The notes: generated by a model from the sequence alone, not told the origin. A stretch of 64,000 bases of DNA from Macrostomum lignano (GCA_002269645.1 NIVC01003045.1:1-64000); one strand, 5' to 3'. Shown: positions 40,750 through 54,396, counted from the stretch's first letter. Translations and numbers: made by a program.

Positions 40750-41490
40750 ATGCTGGCGCCACAACCACATTAGTGTCAGCTGCTGGCGCCACAACCACCA
40801 TATTGTCAGCAGCTGGCGCCACAATCACATTGTGTCAGCAGCTGGCGCCACAATCACATTGTGTCAGCAGCTGGCGCCACAATCACATTAGTGTCAGCTG
40901 CTGGCGTCACAACCACCCTAGTGTCAGCTGCTGGCGCCACAACCATCTTAGTACCAGCTGCTGGCGTCACAACCATTCTAGTGTCAGCTGCTGGCGCCAC
41001 AACCATCTTAGTACCAGCTGCTGGCGCCACAACCACCATATTGTCAGCTGCTGGCGCCACAACCACCATATTGTCAGCAGCTGGCGCCACAATCACATTG
41101 TGTCAGCAGCTGACGTCACAACCACCATATTGTCAGCAGCTGGCGCCACAATCACATTAGTGTCAGCTGCTGGCGCCACAACCACCCTAGTGTCAGCTGC
41201 TGGCGCCACAATCACATTAGTGTCAGCTGCTGGCGCCACAACCACCCTAGTGTCAGCTGCTGGCGCCACAACGATCTTAGTATCAGCTGCTGGCGCCACA
41301 ATCACATTAGTGTCAGCAGCTGACGTCACAACCACCATATTGTCAGCAGCTGGCGCCACAATCACATTAGTGTCAGCTGCTGGCGCCACAACCACCCTAG
41401 TGTCAGCTGCTGGCGCCACAATCACATTAGTGTCAGCTGCTGGCGCCAAAACCACCCTAGTGTCAGCTGCTGGCGCCACAACCACCCTAG
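40750..41490. repeat. 30-33-bp degenerate minisatellite upstream of Hox3
   Basis: Variants of gtgtcagctgctggcgccacaaccaccata. Confidence 0.92.
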
Positions 41491-41777
41491 TGTCAGCTGT
41501 TGTCACGGCGGCCGTAATAGTCAGGGCACTCCTAGTTTCAGGTAGAGTAGATCGAAACTGTCCAATTGATAATGAGTTTACTATCAATAATTGGGAAAAA
41601 CTCCAATTCGGAATGATTATTCCCCAGCCCCCTCCCCCCGGTACACCTCGCCGCCTCATCTCTTCGCCTATTCGCCAGCGTTTAGGCGAGAGAATCCAGG
41701 AGGAGGAGAGCCGCCCCCCTCCCCAGGCCCGGCCGCCCCGGACCAACCGGCCGTTTTCAAGCCGGGTCGCGTGCGAA

Positions 41778-41783
<6 letters not shown>

Positions 41784-41828
<45 letters not shown>

Positions 41829-41834
41829 TCTCTC
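41784..41834. repeat. (TC)n/(GA)n tract ~90 bp upstream of the Hox3 ATG
   Basis: Near-pure TC dinucleotide run next to a GC-rich promoter-like segment (41620-41780). Confidence 0.9.
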
Positions 41835-41922
41835 TAATATAACTGCCAGATTTGATTCGATTTTTAAAGCCGCCCCGCTGCAACAACTATCTATTCCATA
41901 TATCAGACAGATATTAAACCCG

Positions 41923-42190
41923 ATGACTGGGGTGCAGCGCAACTCGCAGCAGCACAGAGCAGGGATGCATCAGCAGCATCAGCAGATGCTGCATGGCGGT
42001 CTACCACATCCAATCTATCCCTGGATGATGGAGACTCGAGGCCACAGCGCTGGCGGAGCAGGAGGCGGCGGCGGTGGCGGTGGCCATAGCCGATCCGCTT
42101 CAAGGACAGCTCAGTCGGGACGTCAGTCTGCAGTGGACGGCGTCGGCTTTGACATGGAATCGGCGACCGAGTTTAGCAAAGGAGATGCTG
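41923..42190 (+). CDS. Hox3: Hox3 exon 1 with hexapeptide IYPWM
   Basis: Encodes PIYPWM (Pbx-interaction motif). Donor GTAAGT at 42191 is phase 1 and compatible with the acceptor at 47545. Further upstream exons cannot be excluded. Confidence 0.85.
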
Positions 42191-42224
42191 GTAAGTGAAG
42201 ACTTTGAAGCTGCGGAGAGATGGG

Positions 42225-43620
42225 CGAGAGAGAGAGAAATGCAGGGAGATAACAGAGAAGGGAGATAAGGGAGATAAGAGAGAAATGTAGGGAGATAACA
42301 GAAACGCAGGGAGGTAAGAGAGAAATTGCAGGGAGATATGCGAGAGCGAGAGAGAAATGCAGGGAGATGTGCGAAAGAGAGAGAGGAATGCAGGGAGATG
42401 CGCGAGAGAGAGAGGAATGCAGGGAGATGCGCGCGAGAGAGAGGAATGCAGGGAGATGCGCGCGAGAGAGAGAGGAATGTAGGGAGATGTGCGAGAGAGA
42501 GAAATGCAGGGAGATGTGCAAGAGAGAGAAATGCAGGGAGATGTGCGAGAGAGAGAAATGCGGGGAGATGTAGGGAGATAAGAGAGAAACGCAGGGAGAT
42601 AAGAGAGAAATGTAGAGAGATAAGCGAGAAACGCAGGGAGATAAGAGAGAAACGCAGGGAGATAAGAGAGAAACGCAGGGAGATAAGAGAGCAACGCAGG
42701 GAGATAAGAGAGAAGCGCAGGGAGATAAGAGAGAAGCGCAGGGATATAAGAGAGAAGCGCAGGGAGATAAGAGAGAAGCGCAGGGAGATAAGAGAGAAAC
42801 GCAGGGAGATAAGAGAGCAACGCAGGGAGATAAGAGAGAAACGCAGGAAGATAAGAAAGAAACGCAGGGAGATAAGAGAGCAACGCAGGGAGATAAGAGA
42901 GCAACGCAGGGAGATAAGAGAGAAACGCAGGGAGATAAGAGAGAAACGCAGGGAGATAAGAGAGAAACGCAGGGAGATAAGAGAGAAACGCAGGGAGATA
43001 AGAGAGCAACGCAGGGAGATAAGAGAGCAACGCAGGGAGATAAGAGAGAAACGCAGGGAGATAAGAGAGAAACGCAGGGAGATAAGAGAGCAACGCAGGG
43101 AGATAAGAGAGCAACGCAGGGAGATAAGAGAGCAACGCAGGGAGATAAGAGAGCAACGCAGGGAGATAAGAGAGAAGCGCAGGGAGATAAGAGAGCAACG
43201 CAGGGAGATAAGAGAGAAGCGCAGGGAGATAAGAGAGAAACGCAGGGAGATAAGAGAGCAACGCAGGGAGATAAGAGAGAAACGCAGGGAGATAAGAGAG
43301 AAACGCAGGGAGATAAGAGAGCAACGCAGGGAGATAAGAGAGCAACGCAGGGAGATAAGAGAGAAAGGGAGATAAGAGAGAAGCGCAGGGAGATAAGAGA
43401 GCAACGCAGGGAGATAAGAGAGAAGCGCAGGGAGATAAGAGAGAAACGCAGGGAGATAAGAGAGAAACGCAGGGAGATAAGAGAGCAACGCAGGGAGATA
43501 AGAGAGCAACGCAGGGAGATAAGAAAGAAACGCAGGGAGATAAGAGAGCAACGCAGGGAGATAAGAAAGAAACGCAGGGAGATAAGAGAGCAACACAGGG
43601 AGATAAGAGAGAAACGCAGG
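42225..43620. repeat. 21-bp purine-rich minisatellite in Hox3 intron 1
   Basis: Unit gcagggagataagagagaaac. Confidence 0.95.
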
Positions 43621-45154
43621 AAGAAAGAATTCGGAGTCAGAGAAAGAAACGCGGGCAGATCCGGAGAGAGATAAACGCAGTGAAAGGGCATGAACTGACT
43701 GTGTGTGAACAGAGACAGCAAGCCCCTTTGCTATAATATTTTAACTCCACGCGCGTATCAAAGTCGCAAATGGATGCTCTTCAGGCTGAGAATCGAGCCC
43801 AGTCAGTCCCGATGCCTGCGCAGCATTCAAGCAAGGGGGTGTCAGTGCGGTCCATATTTACAGCGGCCAACTGTGGCACCGAAGAGGGCACTGGGAGATT
43901 TACATCCCCGAACTTCTGGCACTAATAAATTTTCACTGCCTCGAATTCCCAAGTGTTACGACGGGTTGCTGGGATGTACTCCAATCTTCCGACGAAATGT
44001 GCTATTGATTTTTAAGTGGCACTTGGCAAACAATAGAGCCCAAGTCATTAATTAATACGAGCGTAATTACTGATTATGATAGGCGTCACAGAAATCACAA
44101 TAGTTTTGGCTAATATCTGAGATTTCTCCGCGTGCCTCATATGCTATGCCATCGGGAGTTGATTGGGGCGGAAGGTTTAGCGGATGGTGGATCATTTGTC
44201 AAATATGAGCCCTCACGCCAGATTGAAGATGAAGAGAGAGAGAGAGATGGGGAGAGAAGTCTGGAGGCTGGGGGGGGGTATCGGCCCTCTCTCGTGACAA
44301 GACCCCGGGAGCTGCCCGCGGTGCATCGAAGCAGAGGGGGCGGGGGCGGAAGGGCGGGGCCAGGTTGCCGTGATGGCAAGCGGCGGCTTTGAAGCGAGCC
44401 GCCACTGCTGGCTGTGGGGGAGTTCAGGAACGGCAAAAACTCCCGTGAGCTGCACCTCTGCGCCAGAGCCACGTGAGCAGCAGGCCCTGCGAGGGAGCTC
44501 ACCGCGGGGCACCGGGCAGAGGAGGAGGATCAGGAGAAAGTCAATTAATCTTAGCCGGCCGGTGCACTGGGGGAGGGTCCGGGCGGAGGAGGCAGGGATG
44601 GAGGGCGGGGAACTGATGATGAATGACGGCCGAAGCTTCGCTTTTGTCTGTCTGCGGCCGCGGCGGCAGGAGCAAAGCAGACGAGGAAAATGGGAAGGAA
44701 GAGGCTGTGAGGCTGGGTTGGCGGGGGGGGGTATAATTTCTGTTTTGCATATTTTTCATGATGCCGAATCTACAGAAGAAGAATGGCCGCCACCTCCCCC
44801 CCCCTCATCGGAGCCGAGAATTCGCGAACGAGGAGGAGAGCTCGCGGCTCTCGAGCTCCGCCTCGGATGGCCAGGCGGGCCTGACAGAGGCGGCTCAGCG
44901 GCCGACTGGGTGGAGATTGATGATTCTGCTTCCGTATTCTGCAGCGGCTGCCAGGCAAAGAATTCTCAGCCGCTGCCCCCCTTCCCCCAGGGGGACTTCA
45001 GAATCAGCACTGCTAATTCTACCTTTGGTTTCCCACCTGCTCAGCTTGGGCCGCAGGAAATGTATAAAATGAAGCTGATGATGGGGTGCTTGCTTTGTTT
45101 AGTTGGCCACTGACTTGCTGACCAACTCGTTTAGTTGGTGCTCTCTGATTCAAC

Positions 45155-45612
45155 AAAGTGGCGCCTCTGAGGGCTCAAAGTGGCATTCCCGACTGACACA
45201 AAGTGGCACCTCTGAGGGTTCAAAGTGGCAATTCCCGACTGACACAAAGTGGCACCTCTGAGGGCTCAAAGTGGCAATTCCCGACTGACACAAAGTGGCA
45301 CCTCTGAGGGTTCAAAGTGGCAATTCCCGACTGACACAAAGTGGCACCTCTGAGGGTTCAAAGTGGCAATTCCCGACTGACACAAAGTGGCACCTCTGAG
45401 GGCTCAAAGTGGCAATTCCCGACTGACACAAAGTGGCACCTCCAAGGGCTCAAAGTGGCATTCCCGACTGACACAAAGTGGCACCTCCAAGGGCTCAAAG
45501 TGGCATTCCCGACTGACACAAAGTGGCACCTCTGAGGGCTCAAAGTGGCATTCCCGACTGACCAAAGTGGCACCTCTAAGGGCTCAAAGTGGCAATTCCC
45601 GACTGACACAAA
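45155..45612. repeat. 45-46-bp tandem repeat in Hox3 intron 1 (~10 units)
   Basis: Unit caaagtggcacctctgagggctcaaagtggcaattcccgactgaca. Confidence 0.92.
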
Positions 45613-47545
45613 GACTCTTGTGCTGATAAATTGTGCCGCAACAAATATCTGAATATTTCAATCTCATTATTAGCATTGGATCAGGGGAATCTGTACGCAC
45701 ATAAAGTTGGTCTGCCTCCCCATAAATACCATATTGCATTTATCAGTTGGTAGCAAGGCTGCTTATACCAACCGCAATAAATTCAAGATTCTCTCGCTTA
45801 AAACGATAATTATAGTTCAGCGCGGCATCGACAGCGCCAACAGCCTCGGCAACAAACTGGAAAAATGGGGGGGCTGCTCCATCTTCTCCGGGAACGAGAG
45901 GCTGGATGGCTGCAGCCGAATCAGGTCTGGGGGTCATAAATAACTCAGAGAGGAGAGGGGGCGGCAGCGGCGCACCTTGCCAGAGCCTTCATCTTGGCCA
46001 GCTAAGGGAAAAGTCTTGCCGCGCTTTGCCTTGACTGCATGGCAAATTGTTGTGAAGTCAAGCAAAATTTATTAACCTTCATGGATTCTGGCTGCGGGTT
46101 GATGTAGCTTACGCTCGTAGTTTCCTGGCAACTATTAGAATAGTTTAACTGTCCCACAACTAGTAAGGATAATTGGATAAAAATTTTAATAAATTAAAAT
46201 CACTTATTTTATTGATTAGATTTTTTGTTTTTCAGTCTAATTTAAGTATGTCATTCTATCGCAACACCCCAGATGTTTTTTTTCAGATTGGAAATGCAAA
46301 ATTGCATATCAACAAACAAAAACCAAAGTTCCCTGACCTTCAAGATAACTTCTTTTGATGCAAAAATATGAAAGCGATTTAAATCTGGCTTCAGAATCCT
46401 GGAATTTTAGAATTGCTTTTAATTTAAAAAACAACCCGCGGCCCCCTCTACCGTTACAAAATCGAAATTCAAGCGTCCATGCCACTTCGAACTGCGGGTT
46501 GCCATGCGGCCAATACGGAAAAGATTAAGGCGGAGGAAATGATTGATGCCGGTGTCAAACTTGATTGCAGTCGCTACCTCCCCTCCCCTCCGACCTCACG
46601 GGGTTTGAAGTCGAGTTTTGCTTCCGCAGTAGTCAGCCGTGCGCATCGCTGCTGCTGCTGTACACTACGTGTGCGATTGTGCAGTCCGATAGCCACCACA
46701 AGATAATACACAGCTAACTTACTATCAGGGGCAAAGTTTTAAAGAGGCCACGCAAACAGCTGCTGTGCTTAATTTTCCAACTGATATTTTCCTGTCAAAT
46801 GTGCGGATTGGAGGAGAGGCGGAAAGGAGATTAGGGAACCTATAGAATGAGAGGGTAATTGTAACCCAGGAAGCATCCACTATGCATGCAGGCGGAGGCA
46901 CTTTGCGACACCACAGCTCCACTTCAAACTGTCGATTGTTTGTAGCTTATGGACACCTCGCTACACTGCAGTTGCTTGGCTGATTGGCCCTAGCTAGAAG
47001 CAGCGAGAGACGGCTTAGATACTGAAGTCATGAAAAGTTTCTTGCGCCAGACTATACTCACAATTAGTTTTGTGGCTCGAGTACGAAAATCGGGCTTGGG
47101 CCATCCAAGGCACAGAGTGTACATATGCCTGACGGTCAGACAGTCAGGCCCCGCTGAACACCTTTTGCGAGTGTGTGCTTGTGTACGTATCTAATTCCTC
47201 TCGTGAGCTGACTAACTAACACCTACTGAAGCTGAAAATGAAGCTCGGCTGCTTAGGTCCATGGCCAATTAAAAAAAAACATATTATATACTTTGTGCAT
47301 CATCTGTCATGTGCAACCCAGAGGCATTGCCTGTTGTTCTGTTGCCTGTTGTTGAAAGATCAGAAAAAAGCGATTGGCTGAAGCCATAAGTCACAGGCTG
47401 ACGTAGGCATCAAACGGGGTTAAAATTTCAAATGTTTCATCTCTGGGGGAAGTCATCTTTGCCTTTGCGTCACCTTTGCTTTCGCCTCTGGGTGAGTATT
47501 CGCATCGCATTAACTACCAACGCCTTCAATCCGAACATTTCACAG

Positions 47546-47819
47546 ACTCGGCCATCGGCTCGGCATCGAAGCGGATTCGCACGGCCTACACAAACGCGCA
47601 GCTGGTCGAGCTTGAGAAGGAGTTCCACTTCAACCGCTACCTGTGCCGGCCAAGACGCATCGAACTGGCCAATTCGTTGAGTCTCAGCGAGCGCCAGATC
47701 AAGATCTGGTTTCAGAACCGGCGCATGAAGTACAAGAAGGACCAGAAACTGGTCAGGGAGCAGGACATGCGGCTGCGGCACCTCAGACAGGCCGACGGGC
47801 CGCCCCATCTTATTAAAGA
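47546..47819 (+). CDS. Hox3: Hox3 exon 2 (complete homeodomain [60 protein letters not shown])
   Basis: Paralog-group-3 residues ([26 protein letters not shown]; MKYKKDQK). Acceptor tttcacAG at 47544-47545; donor GTAAGT at 47820 (phase 2). Confidence 0.95.
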
Positions 47820-48135
47820 GTAAGTACGGAATTAAATGACCGTTTCAGCTACTAACAGTAGCGGATGCGTAAGTAATGCCATTAATCGATGAATTATTAT
47901 TAATAGACTGGTAGAAATTGCATTAAACTACGAGTACATTAACAAGTTGTATGATATTTATACCTAGCTTTATGCAAAAAACTGGATCCAGCTATAAAAG
48001 TGCTAAAGCTGTCATTAAGCAGCCAATTTTTTAAATATGCACATATGCTGTAGGACCTGAAGCAAAGTTAAACAGGACAAGCCACGTCAATCAAAGAAAT
48101 CCAAAGAAAAGTTCAATTTGCCGTCTCCTCTGCAG

Positions 48136-48432
48136 AGAGAAGTACATGCACATCGCTGGAATGATACCGATTGCTTATCCGGGCTGCGAGCAGCAGCAGC
48201 AGCAGCAGCAGCATCTTCAACAGCAGCAGCAGCAGCATCAGCAGCATCTTCAACAGCAGCCGGAATTGACCGAGTGCGGCAGTCCCGAAGCTGGGGCCAC
48301 TGACTATCAGCCGATTCTGTGCCCAACTCAGCAGCACGACTTGATGGCGCCTCAGCAGCAGCATGCTAGGCAGCAGTTCTTCCCTCTGCACCTGCAGGAG
48401 TCTCGAGACGGCAAGCAGTCAGCCGGTTACTT

Positions 48433-48476
<44 letters not shown>

Positions 48477-48511
48477 CAGGTCAGCAGCAGTTCCGACTTC
48501 CTTTTGTTTAA
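48136..48511 (+). CDS. Hox3: Hox3 exon 3 (Gln-rich C-terminus, TAA at 48509-48511; total protein ~305 aa)
   Basis: Acceptor ctcctctgcAG at 48134-48135; a phase-2 join gives GAA GAG AAG TAC ATG, in frame with ORF 48146-48511. The three exons sum to 918 nt. Confidence 0.78.
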
Positions 48512-50854
48512 GTCATTTCGTGCGGAGTGTGGACCCTATCTCTCTTTTGCTTTATTAAAAGAAATGTGTTTGTTAATATTCGTACATACTTAAAGTCTTT
48601 GATATAAAAATTCTACCTGTGCAAATATTTAGTCACGCTGTACAACTTCATCTACTTACAATATTTCTTATAAAGTTAGTTGTACTGGGCAGTGGTGGTA
48701 TTTAATCATCGATATAAAATGTAGATTAATTAAACAGTACTGGATTATATGCATGAATTAATTACTGCTGCTTATCGAACGCGTAAAACCATATAATATT
48801 GTGCAATATTCTAAGCTGTTTTAACTTCATTGATGCTTTAAAAAAACCTAGCTTATCTAATGCATTTTTCTTGTTCGTTCAAACCACAAGAATAACTAGA
48901 ATAATTAGATGGGCCACTATTTGCGTGTAAGCTACTTTCAGCTCAGTAGCAAAGTTAGACGAAGCATTTTAATGTATTTTTAAAGCCAATGCTCATTTAT
49001 TGACTCTTGCCCCCCGCTCCCAGCTTAAACCCTCCAACTGAGCCTTTCCCCACTGCCCCCGCCCCGCCCCAATTTTTATTGCTTTTCTCAGAATTCCAGA
49101 CTAAAGCTGCCATGTACATTTCAGTGGACTGGCTAATGTACATTATTGCTGAACCAATTAGCAAGTTGTTTACGCCTGCAAGCTTGGGCTTCTAAACTTA
49201 TCAAAGTCGTTTTAAGCAGCCTTTATTTTTATAAAATAGCTTATGTATTCTTCTTTGCTACTGAACTGAAGTAGAAAGCTGTTTTACTAAGTATATAAGC
49301 CCCAGTAGCCCATCTAGTTATTTTAGCATCTGTGGTTCAAACAAAGTGGTACTGCACGTACGAGCTACTATTTAACGAAAATTTAATTCATGCAGCTGTG
49401 CTGTCAGGCGGTAACCAAATCGTTTGTTCAAATGCAGTCGTATATGTTATCGTACAACGCAGAATTATAAACTCTGAGTTCGCTGTCGATAATTTAATAA
49501 AATAAATAGCAAATCATTTCAGACATCGTATAAAGTATAGCTCACAACACTTGAAAGTTGAGCATCAGAATCTTTATTTCTCTATAACAGATAAGAAGAT
49601 TATAAAGACACTGCCCATTGCGCAATTGTGTAGTAATTATATACTCTGAAGTCTGACCCCTCATTTTATTTCTGCAGGTATCAAGCTAAAGTTCGTACTA
49701 ACAGCGGAAGTAGTTAACAAAGCACTTTTCAGACCAAGGATTCGTTTGGTTACACCAACAGTAATAATAATAATTGCAGAAGGGCTGCGCAGCACCCTGG
49801 CGCAACGCCTTCGGCGACATCGTCCCACAAGCAGCGCTGCACGGCAATTCTGCCGCATGCGGATGCTGTACGGCAGGCACGCAACTCATACACACGCTCA
49901 CACAGGGTGTACAGCAGCCCTGACTTTCTAATCATCAGGCATGTACACTCTGTGCCTCTGGGGGTTGGCCATCATGGCTGTGAATCGCGCACGACAACCC
50001 CTGGCCATATTTTGTACAAGCTCGAAATGAATGTGATCGCGCATTGAATCAAATCAAGGGTCGCGGCGCGAGAGTCAGGATTGTTTACTGCTGAGCTGCT
50101 CTGGTTATAATACCCTGTTAGCCAGCGATGCGTGATGTAATATTCTGTACAATTTAGTGAAACATCGCTTGTATGTAAATCATTCCGAAACAAAGATAAA
50201 TGTACATGTAATGCTCCATGGTAAATAAAATCTCAAAATTGCTCGCTATATATCAAGCATATACTGTACATGCAGGGTGCAGTATCAGCCACATCCGCAC
50301 AAGTAAAGCAATTGTAAAAATGTTGCTGAGAAGTCAATTTTTTAGATAATAGTCTGAAACTTCTGTCGCAAAGAGTTAATGCAATGGTCTATCAAGTCAC
50401 TCAGAAGAATCCCCTCAGGTTCAAACAGCTTCTTAAATCGAGATCAAAACTGATCCCCAGGCATCACGATGATGCTAAAAATAGCATCACGGGCTATATT
50501 AGGGCTTGAATTAAGGACACGTCAACTTCTTTTTCCCAAAACTCGGAGAGATTATTCGTGCAGCAGTTTTGCACACCATTAGCAGAACTTTCTTGTTTGC
50601 TGATCGAACACTTATTCTGACCGAAATGGGTAGAAATTTATGGGAATCATTCCTGATTTAGATTACTTATCAGCAGCAGTTGCAATTTAATCGTTAAAAA
50701 GGGATCATTAATTGCTGTTGCAGTACGAATTCGGTTGATGTGACCTGTATTTATCTAGATTGGTCAACATATTCTATATACCGAGATGTGTCCACAGATT
50801 CTATATCTCCCCGCTTCTTCACTGTGGTCCCATATATGTGGCTATTGTGAGGAC

Positions 50855-51899
50855 GTATTGTCAGGACGTGCCAAAGCAGCTGAATTCCGCCGTCATGGCG
50901 ATATACCGTGATACAAAAGCTGCTGTTTCAACACCGGACGGCCTATCGGACTTCTTTGAGACATCCTCCGGGGTGCTTCAGGGAGATACGCTTGCGCCGT
51001 TCCTGTTCGTTCTGGTGCTTGACTGGGTGCTGCGGACCGCTCTTCCTACCAAACGACAACGGCTTTCTGTTGCGGCGACGCGTGGGTCGACGTCAACCGG
51101 AGAGTCTGCGGCTCAGTGTGCTTGGCTACGCCGTCGATCTCGCCCTGCTGTCCTCAACGGTCCAGGGCGCCCAGCTACAACTGGACAAGCTAGTTGCTGT
51201 TGTGGCGAGCTTCGGCCTGGTGGTCAACACGCAGAAGACCGTCGTGCTCTGCGTGCCGGACGATATCGAGGTTGCGATCTTGTGCCAAAGCGCTGATGGA
51301 CAGGCGACAGAGCTTCCGCGTTGTCAACAGTTCGTCTACCTCGGCGGTCTGGTTCCCGGCGTCCGCGAGGATTTGCGGCGTCACCGCGGGCTTGCCTGGG
51401 CTGCCTGTGAGGGCAGTCCTGCAGTCCGAGGCCTTACCTGACCTCCAGAGGGCGGCGTTGTTCCAGGCGGTGATCGAGACCGACCTGCTGTACAACGCCG
51501 AGACCTGGACGCTGACGGAGTCGCTCGAGCAACAAGTTGACGCGGCGCACGCTGGCCTGCTGCTCGCCGCCTTCAAGATCGGCTACGAGTGAGTGACCAA
51601 CGCGGCTTTGTATCGCCGCGCCGGCCTGGTCCGTCCAAGCGACCTGTTGCGCCGTCAGCGACTCCAGCTGGCAGGCCACATCATCCGCGCCGAGTCGTAC
51701 TGCCCCGAGCCGGTGCAGGAAGTGCTGCTGCTAACGCTGCAGGCACCCTACCGGCGGGAGCAGGCCCGCACTCGGCGTTTCGTCGACTGCCTCATAGACG
51801 GACGCCGGCGCCCCGGATTCGGCCGGCGGCGTGGCGTTCATTCGCGACCTGGCTTTGAAGCGCGCCCTGTGACGCTAACTGTGTATTATATTGTTGTTG
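50855..51899 (+). mobile_element. 5'-truncated RTE-like non-LTR retrotransposon (frameshifted RT C-terminal half), (TTG)n tail
   Basis: RT motifs GVLQGDTLAPFLF, YAVD (degenerate YADD), F.YLG and LLYNAETWTL spread over three frames. 10-bp TSD TTGTGAGGAC at 50845-50854 and 51900-51909. Confidence 0.9.
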
Positions 51900-53309
51900 T
51901 TGTGAGGACAGTAGTAATTTGAGTATGCAATAAATTCTTATCAGTATATGTAAATAAATTGAAGAGAAACATAACGTATTGTCTGTACTAGCAACCGAAT
52001 TCCAAGCAGTTTTTTTTTCAGAAAGAGACTTAAAAACAAGACAGAGTTGCACCCGATGTCATCCGGATCGGGATAATAAATTAGGTGCCTTTTTATATCG
52101 GCGAGCTTTAAAAGTTAATTTGTAAGGGGGCGGGCCCTGAGCATACTGTTACATCTCAACAACAAGTGTATGTTTTGAGGGTTTCCGCGCCCTATAACAA
52201 TTTTTTAAATTAATTTTCTCTCACAGTTGCTTTATTTGTGATTCGCGCAATTTCAGCAGGGGCAATATATGTTGAGTGAAATTTGTGTTAAAATACTGAA
52301 AACTTACAGTGGTACTTGTGTAAAGTAGCGAGTGGCAAAAATATGAGGAAACAGAAATTATAATTTATTTACTGACGCGGCTCTCATAAATTAATTGAGA
52401 TGACCGGATTTTCAGTTCTCGGTTCAGTTCCGAAATTTAAATTAATTCACTCCGGATTGCCTCTAAATAGTTAGTGTATAAACAAAGTAAAAACATTTCT
52501 GCTCCAATTGCACTTAAACATCAAATAAAAAGCATTGCCATTGCAAGAGATTTTTAAATTATATTATTTTTTTATGATAGTTTTAAATTTTATTGTATTT
52601 TTTTCGTCAGTCATTTTAGCGCGCATATGAAACTTATGCACACGAAATTCAAAAGCACATTGCTTTGGAAGTGCTTTGAATGAGAATACACTAAGGCAAA
52701 GGCAGTGGCGCAACCAGGTGGGGGCGGGGGGCGGTCTGGTGCCCCCAGGTCTGAGACCCAAAAAATCAAAGAATCAAAGGGGGGACCAAGCGAACTTTCG
52801 CCAAAACAGAGCCACCCCGTCCGCCCCACCTCCCGGGACTTTACCCTCCAGAATCCGCCCCCTCATAAAATTTCTGGTTGCACTACTGAACGAAAGTTTC
52901 CTTACACACCCTCTCTTCAATATAAATTTATAATTATATTATATTTCAATATAAAATTATAATATTAATTACATATTATAATTATAATTATAATTATAAT
53001 TTTACTTACATGTATATTAATTATATAATTAAAAAAGATATTTAATTTATCTGCACTTTCTTTAAAAATTTAACCTCATAAAAATAAAATATAAGCATTA
53101 AAAGTCATGCTCAAATGTCTTTTGCTGAGCAAAACTGTCACTCTATAATGATGGTATTAAATATTTACGCGTAGATGAACTTTGTTTTAGTTTTTAGTTA
53201 CTCTTAAGACTAGAAAAAAAATCACCTGGGACTATATGAAGTATAACTTGTTTCAACTAATTGTTTTACTTAAATGAATAAAAAATATATACACTGTAAA
53301 AGTTAGCTC

Positions 53310-54290
53310 ATAACAGCAACAACAACAACAAATTATATGCAGCTAGCAATCAAAGTCACAGAGCAGGGTGCTTCAGATGGCGCGCCGCAGAGCCTGAGAG
53401 CGGACGAAGTCCGCTCCGTTGGCAGTGTCGGGCGCCCTGGCGTCGCGTACGTAGGAGGCAGTCCACGTATCGACGGGTTTGGGCCTGACCCCGCCTGAGC
53501 GGGCCCTGCAGAGTGAGCAACAGGACGTCCTGAACAGGTTGGGGGCAGTAGCCCTCGGCCCGGATCACGTACGTGGCCCGCCAGTTGAAGTCGCCGCCGG
53601 CGCAGGATGGTGGACGGGCGCTGCAGCTTGGCCCGATCGTACAGGGCCTCAGTCCCGACGCTCTCGTCAGCTCGAAAGGTCGCACGGAGCAGCCCTGAAT
53701 GCGCCGAGTCCAGCTGCCGCTCTAAGCGTAGCCGTCAGTGTCCACGTCTCGGCGTTGTAGAGCACACCGCCTGCCACAGCCGACGAGCCCTCTGGCGGTC
53801 GGGCAGCGCTTCGGACTGGACGTCGGCCCGGATCGAACGGAAGGCCGCCCAGGCAAGTCCTCGGCGCCGCCCGATCGAGGTCTTCGTCCACGTGAGGCAC
53901 CAGACAGCCGAGTAGGTGATCCCGCTGGTAGCGTGCGCGCGAGCGTGGTCATCTGCCCGTCTGCGAGGCGACATGTCAGGTCCGCTAGCGCTGGGATGTC
54001 GGCCGGCACAGTCAGCACCTAGGTCTTTAGCGTGTTTACAACCAGTTCCGACGCTCAATGCCACCTTGACCAACCTGTCGATCTGGCGGGATGCCACCTT
54101 GAACGGATGAGGACAGGAGGGCGAGTTCGTCGGCGTAGCCAAGCAAATAATAATAAGGCGCTTTTCGCCGTGGCGGCGACCGATGCGTCTGCGCAGCGCA
54201 GGAAGCCGTCGTTAGCCGAGGAGACTGCGGTCCGAAGCACCCAGTGGCAGCAGCACGAAGAGAAACGGCGCCAAAGTGTCGCCATGCAGA
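53310..54290 (-). mobile_element. Degenerate RTE-like LINE fragment related to the 50855 element
   Basis: LYNAETWTL, GLAWAAF, IRAEGYCPQPVQDVLLLTLQ in shifted frames; (AAC)n tail on the plus strand at 53311-53331. Confidence 0.85.
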
Positions 54291-54341
54291 ACTCCTGATG
54301 AAGTGTCGAACTGATGATGATTTACATGTATGTAATCGCCC

Positions 54342-54396
<55 letters not shown>

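Noticed and set aside
44370-45113. 247-aa ORF in Hox3 intron 1
   Set aside because: GC-rich low-complexity sequence with no recognisable domain; more likely regulatory DNA.
49750-49935. Short minus-strand ORF with a hydrophobic C-terminus
   Set aside because: It overlaps an interspersed repeat copy, and the poly-Leu comes from a (TAA)n run; no exon context.
52703-52864. GC-rich MITE-like islet (also at 61212-61373; similar at ~17860-18070)
   Set aside because: The termini match only loosely and no TSD is visible, so it is not called as a feature.
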